The notes below the pieces were generated by a model that ran no database searches, was not told where the DNA came from, and saw only the letters and a program-made list of their open reading frames with translations. From assembly GCA_040954595.2 (NCBI GenBank), contig CM082576.2, positions 6,575,129 to 6,639,128 of the forward strand: a stretch of DNA of 64,000 bases, read 5' to 3'. The translations under genes and the position numbers were made by a program. The stretch is from Balanoglossus misakiensis (lineage: Eukaryota; Animalia; Hemichordata). Position 1 is the stretch's first letter, and each line of letters opens with the position of its first letter. Positions 48,908 to 62,200 of this stretch are shown piece after piece.

Positions 48908-51900
48908 TTATATCTCTCCGCTCAGCGTGGCATTCATGATAAATTCATAGGCCGCCATCATTCCTTCGTACGTTTCCTTGGCGGTGTCCAGAATTTGGTC
49001 TTCGGGCAGGAGGAAGCCGTACTCGCCCGTGTCACGCAGCTCGAGAGTGTGGGAGTATTTGATCCCGGCCGAGGCGTAGCCCCAGTCGACACTCACCCCG
49101 GCGGCAACGTCTGTGATCAGAAAAGAAAATTGGTACATCAGGACTTTTTTCGGAAGGGCTAGCTTTTGATCATTTTATCAAACACCTCGTTAGCTCCATC
49201 TAGTTGTTATTGTTGCTGGAGAAAATATGACAACGTTTTCCTTCCTAGACCAAATGCGTAAAGATGTGTAAATGTGCAATAAGAATGTTGTGTCAAACTC
49301 GAAGGTGACCAAGCTTCATTGCATTGCGCCACTACACAGTCGGCTTGCACGCTTCATTCAGACGCGGTGCATTCTATCCTATTCGATGGGTTTAATGAAA
49401 CAATGTGCGACTTACACAGCTCATCAGGAATTGTACCGTACGTGTAGTTAAATCCATTAACTGAATACAGGGCGTCGCGGAACGCTTTACCGATCGCCAT
49501 CTAGCAAAAAAACAAGAGGTATTAAAAGAAAATGTTACGTCCAATTCCAATTATTGTGCATACTGATCATAAACAGACTACGGGCTGCCACCACCACGGT
49601 TTACCCGTCGACAATTACAAATGTAGCGGCAGCCAGTGTGTTCCTCGTCGTAAGAGCGCTTTTGGTTCGTAATCACGAAAGCTCGTGCAATCCTGAACAC
49701 CGAGATAGATGGGTTAGCGAAGAAGCTCATCTTGGTCACAATATTTGTTTTGTCGTGGAAGAATACGTAATGATCGCCCGATACAAAATCAGCGCCCATA
49801 ATTCTGAGAGGAAAAAAAATGATATTTCACTGACATGGTCATCGTAGTCTTTTGGGTGGTCGTAGGTGTAACCCCACGGGTTCAACCACATCTGCGAGTA
49901 GCTGTGGATATCCATGAAGAACTTGAAGGACTGGTGCTTGGATTTTTCCAGGATAAAATCGACAGCTTGCTGGACTTCAATTTCGGAGTGGGGATATTCG
50001 CCACGATAAATGTAACTGCAGGGGTTACTGCTCGTACCACCACCTGCAAAACGGACAAGACGAGCATTTCAAGTGGCAGAGATGTCGGACAAAAAAAGGG
50101 ATATATTGACAATAACGTCTGTGACGTCATGGCCCCAGTTAACGAATACGGTTCAAGAAACCGAGTGAATGTGCATCACAGTGTGTCAGCTGTTGCTTGT
50201 TGAAATTCCGATGCCATGGTTTTTCACCCCAAATTGTCTCGGTATGTGCGGTCCTTTGCACCTGTCATTATCATAACTCCTGTCTGCGCATAGCTAAACA
50301 CACTTTACCTCCAAATTCGTGTCCCCAGTTCCGGTTGGCGTCAACTCCGTAACAATCAGGCTCGGCGTTCAGATTGACAGATCTTGTTTTACGCCACATT
50401 CTGTACTGTTTAATTAGAGGGAAAGGATAATTTGATTGATCATATGAGGACGTGTCTGAGTCTCCTAATGACAGAGTGGTGGTTAAAATCTTTAGTTTAA
50501 TATTCTCTTTCTTAGGCTCTTGTTATCAAAGGTTTCTGTCCCAAAGACATGCCTCAGTGCTCAGTCGTTCAGCCTACATTTAGAACTGAACTCATCAATC
50601 ATAACCAAATTCGCCTGGCGATTTAAATGATAAAGTATATTAGCTCCGTGTAAACATATCTTTTTCGGTCAACACGACTACCTCTGTATGTGTTTTTCTC
50701 CCACCCTTCCGACCCTCTCCAGTCATGCTGGCCTTACAAAAGGTTTTGGGGGTTCACCCCCTTCCTGCCGGTCTCCAGTGTTTCCATTAAAATGAACTTA
50801 CCACATCCCAGGTATATTCATATCCGTCCGGATTAAGAGTCGGCAGGATGTAGAAATCAAACATATCCAGCAGCCTTGTGACGCGAGGGTCCGTACCGTA
50901 AGTTGACAACATCTGTGAAATCAATAAAAAATTGTTACTATAATTTTTGGAGAGGCGGTTTGGGTACAAAATTCGGGACAGTGGATACGTGTCATTGCAT
51001 TCGGCAATTCCTCTCCTCGCCCCCCCCCCCCTCTCTACATCATGTGATGATTTTGGGGATGTCACTTGGATTGTACGCACTTTGTTAGTCATCCATATGT
51101 TGGTAGCGGGAGTGATCCATTCCCTTGCATGTATTCCACTGTGGATCCACATGGCAGGTTTTCCAGGCGTCGTTCGGTTCCCAACCTAAGAAAGAAAAGT
51201 CAAGGGATAAAGGCAGACGCAAAAAGTGGCTGCAATTTGAATATTTTGTTCATTGTTGTCAGCACTGTCATTGTTAGTTGCAGTTGTTATCGTTGACGAC
51301 GTGATAGCGTGACTCTTTACCTTCAGTGCTCGCATCGTCCTCTTCTCGTAAGACCTCCCCAGCACGAACTCCTCGGCCAACGTCGGGTATCTGGCTGCCG
51401 TGTTTTTCACCCACTGGTCGAGCTGAGTAGTTTCCCATGGAAATCATTTGGTGACATCGTCAGTTTGGCGCGGGGGGGGGGGACAAAAAAGATGTCGGTA
51501 AGTTTTACTGAGAAAGTGTTAAATTGTCTTGAAATAATTTTTATAATCATGTTGTTCAAAATTATCAGTACTTTACTGCATTGTTGATGAAAACTCTCCT
51601 TCAATATGATTTGCATCTTTTTCCGGTCTGTACAGTCTTTAGCGTGTGTTTGATTCGGTCGACTTGAAAATTCCTTCGTTAACAGTTACCTCTGCATATC
51701 TATGGTACCTAGAGTAAAACTCGTCATCGTTGTCATCCACAGAAAGTGTCTTCATTTGAACGTCTTTAGAAGTTTTTTGGCCATCGATCAATTTTTGCAC
51801 ATCCGGGATCCAGACCTTGTACTCTATACCGTTCTTGGTGAGTAGTTCGTGCACGTCGTCAATGTCGTCGGGCGTTACCATGACGTCATGGGGGTAATCC

Positions 51901-52982
51901 CAGAAGTCATACTGTCGGATTTTGAGAACATCGGACATGGTTTATTTCACAAATTTGGATTCAACTACAATTCATCTACCCTGTTTTAATCAACACGTTC
52001 TGTCAGAGCTTTGAGTTGTCATAACTGTTACATGGCATTCAATTTGTGTTATTTTTGGTATGACCTGCAAATTACGTCGTCGAAGTACATGTATTACATA
52101 CCATGTCAGAAACCAGAAAATCGGCATGTTTAGACAAGTAAACAAGATGCATGCGTAACATTCTCACATGAAACAAACGAAAATAACACACCAAAATATT
52201 GTCTCTCTCTTTTGTGAAGGAACTACAGGTGGTACTTCAAAAAGTTAAACCCACCTTGCCAGAATCTTCCATGCTCTTCATGATGGCAACATCTTCCCGG
52301 GAGCGAACTTTGACCCTGAGAACCTTGTAGCTGTAAGATATCCGAACGAAATCAGTGTTCTGCCACATACTGCCATAAAGAACGCTGTACTGTCAACACC
52401 GAAATATGTCAACGTGACACTGTGTCAGCAAGGCTCACACGTTTAGGACTAGAAATAAATTAGTTTTGTTTATTCAGGACTTTTATTTATTGTCAATAAA
52501 TATGTATTTGGCATGATTTATTGGCAAACACCACACAGAAATAAAGAACTGAGATGAAAAACCATTTTTTTTCTTCTGAGCGCATTCGACTTACAAGACG
52601 AAGTAGGAGTGAACTTTGTAAAAAAAATCAAACAGTTACCGTCTATTCACACTCTGTTTTCTTAAATCTATCGCTCATATGATTTTAAAATTCGTCGAGA
52701 CGCTGAAAGTTCACAGATAAAGTCACTTTTGTTGGATTCTGGTATAGAAAATGTGGAAACAGTTACTTGAAGTTGTAAAACGCCGAAACTTTATAGTCAT
52801 AGACGTGTCGAAGGTGCACATCGTCAACAGTAATTGTTTATGTAATGTGATCGACTGCTACCCCTTCAGGTGGAGACAGTTACTTACCCGTCGACCCGTG
52901 TGGGGGTACTGCTGGACTGGCTCCCCGAGATGAGAGAGAGTGCGACCGCTACCATGAGCCATCTCAGTGGTATAGTGTCCAT
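48908..52982 (-). CDS. Procarboxypeptidase A/B-like (M14A) zinc peptidase, copy 2
   Basis: Exons 52982-52888 (signal peptide), 52330-52255, 51911-51690, 51422-51321, 51185-51081 (GIHAREW), 50912-50802 (NPDGY), 50405-50309 (WRKTR, DANRNW), 50043-49835 (DIHSYSQ), 49500-49416, 49110-48908 (ELRD); same intron positions as copy 1. Confidence 0.93.
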
Positions 52983-54162
52983 CCTTAAGCAGAGTCAGTG
53001 ATTAAACAGAAGATGATGGCGAAGGGGAGATCTTCGTACGCGGTGTGACCTGTAGGCTCACCAGAGGGGCGAGTCGATTACGCGCGGGTCCTCGATCCAC
53101 GTCTGCAAAAAAATTACCGACCGACGACGGACGTCGAACACGTCAGCGCGTGATTTTTTGTTGACACCGAGATGTAAACTGTGATACGATGATGAGGGTC
53201 TCGGTGTCGCTATTTGTCACTCGTGTTGACTTGGCGTCCAACTACAAAATCACCGCCTGACTGAATTTTCAAAGTTTTCTCCAAAATATACAGTGCCCAC
53301 TATTTAGCTTACACTTATTAGCTTACTACTCTCACTTAGCTGACACAACTCTCATTTACTCAGTCAACATTGCTCCTGTTGGAAATTGAACTCATTTTGT
53401 TCTTGCCAATTTTTGTTAATATTTATTTTCCTGTACAAACAAAGTCATGCAACCCATTGCAAAGTATGCATTACATTCGCGTAGAGAGGGAAAATACATT
53501 ACTCATTAATTCTGAAGTTTAAGGATTCGTGTACAAAGCATACTTGTATATTCTGAAGAGGGAAACGATATTGGCACTGGCGTCTTGATATAATTATTCA
53601 TGTCGCAGTCAACTTGTGATTCTGCAGGAATCTAACATCGTGCTTTCTTCATTGGCTTGTAATATTTTGTCCCCGTAAAAAGAGATCGCGGTTGTAGTTG
53701 GACCGATACTAGAGAAACCGCATGGCTTTTTATTTTTAACCAGTCAATTTTGTCGCTCCACATGAGGAAATCTTCATGCTGGCAGAGATCGTGGAAAGCC
53801 ATGCTGTGTCAATTCTAATTTCGAACCAGCAACTATCACATGGCTCTCATCAGGTGGTGTAAAGTCGTATAAATAAAGTTAATTCATCGACAACGGCGAA
53901 CGCTGATAAAAAATATCCGTTCAAAGGGCTTAATTGACGCTTTTCTGCTGGTACCAAACTTATTATTAATTATTGCTATAAAAAGTGAGAGAAAGCTGGA
54001 TGCATTTCATTTGTGGATATCATCACCGAGCACTTCGGACACTGGGTGAAGACTGGTCCATGTTACTTTGAAATCGCCCGTGAATCATCGATTTTAATCT
54101 ACTTAAGATCCACCCCAGCAGATTATTCGGCCTTTTTCTCTCTCTCTCCCGAAGTTACCAAC

Positions 54163-56382
54163 ATGCCTCCAATCACGATGAGAGCCATAGTTGTCAGGGA
54201 GTACGGCGGCCCAGAAGTCATGAAAATAAACGAAGTTCCAACTCCAAAACCTTCGACGTCTCAGGTGAGAATTTTCCCCATCAATCGTACAGGCGCGCGG
54301 CGTCCACAGTCTTACTACCGGTCGGGCTATATACTCTAAAAAACACTCTCACAGTTTTCAACAAAATGACCGCATTGATGTGCACATTGTCAGACTGAGA
54401 GAGTCAAAGTATCTAACAACTCTCTACTGCTGACAGTAACTTTGCCTTTTCTGTCTGCTTTGCATACAGGTGCTCATCAAAATGGTGGCGGCTGGCATGA
54501 ATGCTGTCGACTTAAAGCACGTTTCTAAAACCATGCCGGAAGTCACTTTACCACTTCCATTCACCCCCGGCATTGATGGCGCTGGGGTCGTTGTGGAAAT
54601 CGGAGAAGACGTGAGCAGGGTGAAGGTAAATACAAGAGTCTGTCGAATCATGAACTGTGACAAAGAAAAGTTTCCTAACTTGCGCATTCCTTTGTAATGA
54701 GATATAATTCCAAAAACTCCCCAACTGAAGAAATATTTTTGTATGATTTCAGGTCGGAGACCGTGTTTACGTCACATGGGCGGGATACAAGTTCGCAACC
54801 AGACCTTACGCAGAATATTCGGTGTACCACGAAAAATCCGTGTTCCCCTTGCCAGATAACATAAGCTTCAAAGAGGGCGCTGTTCTGGGAATTCCATATT
54901 TCACCGCCTACGTCGGTCTCTTCCATAGGTAAAGCAAAATCAGCTTGGTGTTCTTTCTTCCAATCATTGAGTACGCAGGGCCAGGATTGCATGTGTTGAT
55001 GTGTGTTTGTATTTTTGCTTTAATCCACAGATGTCAAGCTAAAGCGGGTGAAGTTTTCCTCATGCACGGTGGCAGTGGGGCCGTAAGTAGAATATTTCAT
55101 CGTCAATTTATTTTCCATGAAAGGGCATTACACTGATTTTTTTTTACCTCTGCCATATCTGACTCGTTCTCCCAGATTGGCATAGCGGGCATTCAGTGGG
55201 CAAGATCACGCGGAATGACTGTCATAGCAACGGCGGGCACACAGGAAGGTATTGAACTGGTGAAGAAAGTCGGGGCTCACCATGCAGTAAACCACCGACT
55301 CAAAGACCACGACAAGAAAATCATGGTAAGCATTTCGTGATCACGTTTTTCACCTCGTCTTGCCATGGTCTTACTCAATTCTGTTAGCCTTAGTCAGTGC
55401 ATGCAGCTCATAGACTTGGAAATAAAAGTTTGGTTCAACAACTCAAACGCCTCGAGTCAAGTTGCCTATTTCACACAAAGTTTGACCAAAACATAACAAA
55501 AACATCCGAATAGTCGAATATAGTGAATCAGCATATGTCAAACACGAAGACTGATTTATAACATATCAATTTTTCCTCTGATATACAGGAACTAACAGGT
55601 GGTCGGGGAGTTGACGTCATCTTGGAAATGGCTCCCAGTATCAACCTAGCCATGGACATCGAATTGGTAGCGCAGGGTGGCAGAATCGGGGTAAGATCCT
55701 AGTCCTTACCGACATGTAAACTGTCGTTCAGCACTTACTTTGAAAGCGTAAATAAATTATTTCTGCATTTTGTAAGGGATGAGTGAGTATGCATGTCATG
55801 AGCATGCGCCCCCACCGTTGACTACTCAGTCACTTTCGTTTACCCATGTCAGGCCCTGATGATAGAGGATTTGCAGCACAAATGCAAAGAGACTTGTTTT
55901 GGTGCATAATGGTGTCCTCTCTCTCTATTTCCATAGGTTATTGGCCTACCAGGACCGATTGAAATTCTCCCACAAAGAACTTATGCAAAAGAATCTTCAA
56001 TCAATGGAGTTGGAACAATGGCAATAACAGAGGTACTGTGTGAATCACTAATGGTTCAAAATGAAATAGTTTATTTGAAAAAAATGTTGCATCAAAAGTA
56101 AAACACAATGGCAGACTACGTTCATACAAACCATGTCATTCCTGTGAAAATAAAATGAAAATTTGGCAGTTTAGAATACATCCACTCACGATCGGTGTTG
56201 GTTCAATTCTTTTACAGGCAGCTGTGAAAGAAGTGTCATCAGCGCTGTATGCTGGGCTGGAAATGGGTTTCATCAAACCAGTTGTTGGCATGGAATTCCC
56301 GCTGGAGAGAGCTGCGGAGGCCGCAATCGCCCGGGAACAAAAACGCAGCGGTGCTTTGGGACAGTACGTCTTAACGATGTAG
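54163..56382 (+). CDS. CRYZ: Quinone oxidoreductase / zeta-crystallin-like (MDR family)
   Basis: Exons 54163-54264 (MRAIVVREYGGPEVM), 54470-54625 (LPFTPGIDGAGVV), 54753-54928 (GIPYFTAY), 55031-55082 (HGGSGA), 55176-55325, 55589-55690 (GVDVILEM), 55937-56032, 56218-56382, all in frame. Confidence 0.88.
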
Positions 56383-56443
56383 TTCTCATGAGTGCAACTT
56401 CATTTTTCGCTGCATGTGTCAGAAACTTTAATAGCTCATCTTA

Positions 56444-58794
56444 TCAGCACTCTTTCATCCTCTTCTGTCCTTTTGCGTTTCTCGCGGCGTTCTTTCTCTT
56501 TTGAGGTTTATTATTTTCCGGTCTCTCAGAAATTTCCACTGTGTGAGCATTCCCCGACTCCCTGCCAGCAATATCTGCAATGTCGGTGAACCACTTGTCC
56601 ACAGTCTGACAGATTTCAAGCATGGTCTCCTCACCCCGCTGACCTTTGACCTTGAACCCGTGATCACCACCATCCAGCCACAGAACTTTGTGATCACAAG
56701 TCAGTTCCTTGAGTGTGTCTTCAAACAACGGCTTCTTGCAGAAAGAGTCCTTCGTACCGCTGACGAACAATGCTGGTTTCCGGAGGGATACCAGGATGTC
56801 CTTCCGCAGACTGGACAGCTTTCCCGGTGGATGCAGTGGGTAGGCCAGGCAAACGACGCCTTTAATGAACTCGCTCACCGGAGTACTTGCATTCGCCAGC
56901 ATCACAGCTGCCCTGGATCCCATTGATCGGCCTGTAAACGCATTGGAGAAAAAACAAGATGGCATCAATGCATTCCCATGGCAACCATTTGTGCCTTTAA
57001 AAGCAAATCATGTGCTGTTTCTATACACAGTCATGTATTTTGCTTTACATATTGGAAAGGGAGAGGGTATGGGTTATGACATGCATCAGATACGCTCTGG
57101 CTGTCCTTATTGACTATCAATTACTAGTAATTGACAACATTGCAGATGAGGACTTACCAGCCACAAAACATCCCTGCAGAGCGTATTCTCTGAGTCCTTG
57201 CAGATTTTCCTGCAGAAGAGGGAGATAAGTGGCTCAACAAATGGAATGAGAACCATAGAGCTTACAGTGATTTTAGATAGAGGGCACGTTATACTTCTAG
57301 TCTGCTGCATGTTTGATAAAACGTGAAAAAAGAAATAAATGTGTTTTGTGTCAAATGGATGTGAGACTGATTCTTCGCTGAATATTTAAACGATAATTAT
57401 CAGATCACGTAGACAGGGGACACAACCAACATGGTTTTACACCAGTCACTGACACAAATAAAGACCAGACTTACGACTACGGCTTGATAAGCTCTCATCC
57501 GATTCTCAACTTTTGATGACAAGTACGTAAATCGACAACAAAGGAAGCCCCTGGCCGTCAGATGATTGGACAAGACAACAAGGTCAGCCTGGTTCATGTC
57601 ACCAGTTGCACCATGGGTAAGGACCACGGCGTATCCATTGAAATTGCTTGTAGTTGGATAAGAAATGGTGGCATCTATCATTCGGTCTTCAAAAGCAACT
57701 TTCAAGTTCTCCTACAGAAAAAAAGCCAGATGGTACTCTCTCATTGCTGAATGTTAACTGGGCACTACTAATCACCCAGACAGCAAAGTAAAAATATCAA
57801 ATTGTTTGTTGGTGGAAAAAGGGGGCGGGAAACATGCACTTTCAGATTCGAACCTGATTTATGAATATTTTATCTGTTAAAAATCTTTATGTACTTAAAA
57901 ATGTCTTATTCCACAAGAAAGAAAATGAAGGGGGAAAGTGCAAAGTTAACGCCCCTTAGATGGTCACATGAAAACTGGTGACAGTCTCAGCAAATTATGT
58001 TGACATGTCAGAGCCTGATATAAAAAAAAATTCTGAAGAAATGCCTTATTTTTGGAGTTTGTCTTTATGTTTGTGTCATAAATGGTACAGTTTCAAAGAA
58101 GGAAATTGGACACTGGCATGTGACAGTGCAGAAACAAAACAGACTACTTCCTAAAGATTGAAAAACAAATTGATGTCTCAAAAAATAATCATGTCAGAAT
58201 GATGTATGTGAATCACAATGGAATCACATGACTCTCCACAATATAAAGACAGACTCGGTGCCTTTTCAGGCACACTGTCGACAACCGTTTCTGAGACTTG
58301 ACAAAACCATGGCTCGCATCGTGTTCCTGTGCCTCTCCTTGGCTGCAAGCTGTTTGGCATTTCCCTCAGATCCGGAGGTGTTTGCCGAACCCTCAGCCGG
58401 AGTTAACTGGGCTCTGATTGTTGCCGGCTCCAACACATGGGGAAACTACAGGCACCAGGTGATTAATTAATAGGATAATACATGTGCTGTTTGGAAAAAA
58501 AAGTTTGTGCATATAATTTTGTATGAGTTTTAACAAGTCATGTTGAAACACCTCCTAAATGCATATTTATGAAGAGTGAACAGGTCACATGAAAGAAAAA
58601 AAATTACACCATCGTGCATAAAGCCTGCCATATCCAAGGCATAGGCAAATTGCACACAGTCATTCGGGGATCTTCGAGGGGTGGGCGGGGGCGGTCCCTC
58701 CCAGGGGCAATCCCACAGAATACTGTTTCGTCGGTGGGAGGGTGTAGATATTATTTGGTGTACCTACTTGACGTGAAGGGGTGGTAAATGCCAT
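56444..58794 (-). CDS. TEX30: TEX30-like alpha/beta-hydrolase
   Basis: Exons 57711-57475 (VVLTHGATGDMN...GFLCCRFT), 57209-57158, 56931-56444 (GRSMGSRAA, CLAYPLHPPG, GTKD, GGDHGF). First exon 58794-58768 (MAFTTPSRQ, GTAGGT donor) is tentative. Confidence 0.85.
58309..58458 (+). CDS. LGMN: Legumain alternative/duplicated first coding exon (1a)
   Basis: MARIVFLCLSLAASCLAFPSDPEVFAEPSAGVNWALIVAGSNTWGNYRHQ with phase-0 GT donor; TATAAA at about 58243. Confidence 0.75.
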
Positions 58795-59261
58795 GATCAT
58801 GTCACATCAATAAATTCTCATATATTCGTGTAATATGTAAGTCTGCTGTCGCCGTCCGTCTCTCGTCCGTTGCTCACAGCAACCGGATCCGCGTCAATGA
58901 AGTTGCGGACGACCAGACTGGTTTTATTTCAAGTATCATGTGACTGGGCACCATTGAGAAATTAGTTCACCTGTTATTCTGTAAATAATTAGCAGTACCA
59001 TGTCAGGATAACCTATGATTTTTTCTGAACAGAAGTCTAACTAATGTTGACAACAGAGTCACTCGCAGGCATTGGTATTTTTCAACACAGAATTATAGGC
59101 GCATTAATATCGGGGGGGGGGGGGAGAAAGTTTCAGTCACATGACCACGGATATGTTAATTTCACGGAAGCTCTGTGTTCATCACTATCAGCTGTGCGGG
59201 TGATATAAACACAGTCTGAGTCCAACTTCCAGTTTAGTGTTAGGGGTAACTCCAAACTGAC

Positions 59262-62200
59262 ATGACGGCGACATCAGTACTCTTCCTCAGCCTGTGCCTT
59301 CTTGTGGGCTCGCTGGCATCTCCGGTGGACCCAGAGGTGTACGCAGAGCCGTCGAGTGGAGTCAACTGGGTTTTGATTATCGCTGGGTCAAATGGATGGT
59401 ACAATTACAGACATCAGGTAAAATGTTTTGATGGCACGTACAGCCCCAAATCTTTCTGCGGGTCCATAGCCCTACCACTTCCCCGTCTGTAGGTTGTCGG
59501 GGAACAGCCTACTGACCTAACAACCTACAGAAGGGGTAGTGGTAGGGCTACGGAGCGGTAACAAGCAGGTGAGCCGCTGAACACAGCGGCGCAGTCGGTA
59601 GCAACACTGTATGTAGTCCTGATACTCTACGGGAAATGAAGCAATCACTGAGGACCTTTTGAATTGCCAGGACTACAGAGTGGCCACTATCACCAAAACA
59701 TGACAGCTGGCACGCCGCTGGTAACATGTAACATTAGAAATGATAATCAAGAATTATGACAGCTTAAAGTATGAGTTATTGACAAACTGAGGTTTCTACA
59801 ATGTATTTTATACAAGACCTGTGTGCAGATCTGACAGTGACACATTTTGGTGCAATATAGCCTTTAGATGTACAACTCGATTTTGATCCGAGGTGCCATG
59901 GAAAGTATGATCAGATCAGTTTTTCCCTCTGAACAAAAAATCTCAAAAGAATACACATGTGATAAACAAAGCACACCCTGTCCAATATACAAAAAAAATA
60001 TCAAGGCATGGTAATTGGTTATTATGGCAGTTTTGTCTATGTAGCTTTGAAGTAGACATGAACTTTAGACAGACCAGGTGAAGCTCAGACGACCATTAAT
60101 AATCTGCCCTCTGATCATTTCACTTTTCTGTGTCCCAGTTTAATGGGTGGGCAGTTTGTGTACTTTAGGGGGTGGGGTACCACTTTCTGCAGGCACTAAC
60201 GGCTTTGAAAGTGATAGCCCAGCGTCTTGCTCATAAATTTTATTGAGATTTTCGTGAGTCTTATCTTGAGTTTGCCAGAAAATTGGCAATTAAACTGGTA
60301 ATAATCACAATTGAATGAACGATTGCTGATATGATAGAAGTCACTATTGCTTCTTTATTACCTTTCGAGAGCTTTTGTTGTAAAACCATATTTTGTTTGT
60401 TGAACTCATGTGATACATGGCGGCCAGGCTGGTTCAAATCAGGCTTTATACAGCCAGACGTAAATTCAGTCTTAGCATAAAGTGCTAAAACATAGTTTAC
60501 GGTATTCTTCAAACCATGTCTCGTATCACATGAATTACTTTTAATTTGGAATATTTAGTGGATTTTGGCATCAAAGAAGGTAAAAAAAGAGGCTTAGTCT
60601 TAGATAATAACCAGTTATAAAAGCATGCGGAATGCAAATGGCGGCATAGAAAACTACTGCTGCTCAAAAATCAGCATTTTGGTTTAGTCTTTATTAATAC
60701 AGTATACTTTTGTGTACAAAAAACATGTAAAAGTGCAAATTTGCCAGCCTTGGGTGTGAGCATGTGATCCATTACTATCTAATCATGTGACCATAAAATG
60801 TAGGTCACATGTTGATGCTGGTCAGGTGTTTTACGCATGATCAGGGAAGTTTAATTGTGTGCATTTCACAAAGAAAAAAAAACAACTGGTATCTTTTGTT
60901 GTCAGGGTCAGACTGATGACCTGGATGAGTTGGCAGTTTGGATGAGTGTTATTTTCGTCATGCAGTATTGCCTTGTCCTTCACCCACTACCAGTGACAAC
61001 CAAATTGAAATGATTCCATATGTTGCCTTCTCAACTAACAAACAAACTCTAAAAAAAATAGGAGGTGTAGGATTGACAACGTCTATCACAATAAATGCAC
61101 TGTAGATAATAATTGCATTTGTTATTTTATTTTCACTTGTAATATTTTAACCCTTGCACTTTCAGACTGCCTGAGTTCCTGATAGCCAAATTGTAATATT
61201 ATATCTCTCCATACTGAAGATAAGAGGGTTTAATAATGTATAATAAATATTTAACAACATTCAACACTGTCGTTTTAAGCCTCCCATCTACCGTTCTTAT
61301 TTAATACCTATACTTTTTTTCTTCACTTTCATCCTTTATGTTATTGTATAGCACATTAGGGGAAATTTGTATTAACACCTGTATGATGTATCCTGTATTG
61401 AATCATTTCAGGCCGACGCTTGCCACGCTTACCAGATCGTACACAAAAATGGCATTCCAGATGAGCGAGTTGTCGTCATGATGTATGATGATCTGGCCCA
61501 AAACCCGGAGTAAGTGTGACACTCTTGAGGTCTTTTTGTGAACTTTGACCAAAGTACATGTACAGTATATATAGTGCCTTCCCTTCACACCCAACCATCT
61601 CATCTTTGCGAGATTCTTATGACTTGTATCAGTAAGAAATAAGCCAGGTTTACATAATTTGAGATGACAAAAAAAAGAAGAAAAGAAATGAAATTGTATC
61701 ATTTCTAGGTTCAGGTTTGTAGTTCAACCAGGATGTAACAGTAAATAATGGCGATTGTGTCATGTATTCTAAAAATACCAAAAAATATGTGTGCTTTGTC
61801 TGGAAATGTTTGAACATGATTCAGCATAATTTGTATACTGAGACTTCCTGGTTTTAATCATTTAACATCACGATGCAGGCTTTTGGATGACTAACAACTT
61901 TTTTCTGTCAACATCAGAAACCCAACCCCTGGCAAGATCATAAACAGACCCAATGGTACAGATGTCTACCATGGTGTAGTGAAGGATTACACAGGGGAGG
62001 TATGTCCCTTGCTAAATCATAACAACTAATGTCTTTGATTTTGGCCGTCAAGAATTAGTGTTTTTTTTATATTGTTGCACACAATCAATTCTTTCTGAAC
62101 GATTCTGTTGAAACACCATCTTTCAGGATGTTACACCAGACAATTTCCTCAACATCCTTCAAGGCAACGCAGAAGCAATGTCTGGCATTGGAAGTGGAAA

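Larger units (their letters stand above)
57964..60790. promoter_or_regulatory. Cluster of TCACATGA/TCATGTGA (M-box/CLEAR-like) motifs around the legumain 5' region
   Basis: Exact octamers at 57964, 58224, 58585, 58936, 59137, 60526, 60783. Confidence 0.5.

Noticed and set aside
53150-53850. Short inverted repeats between carboxypeptidase 2 and CRYZ (GACACCGAGA/TCTCGGTGTC; GCATGGCTTT/AAAGCCATGC)
   Set aside because: Only 10-bp cores with degenerate extensions and no TSD; probably old MITE debris, too weak to call.
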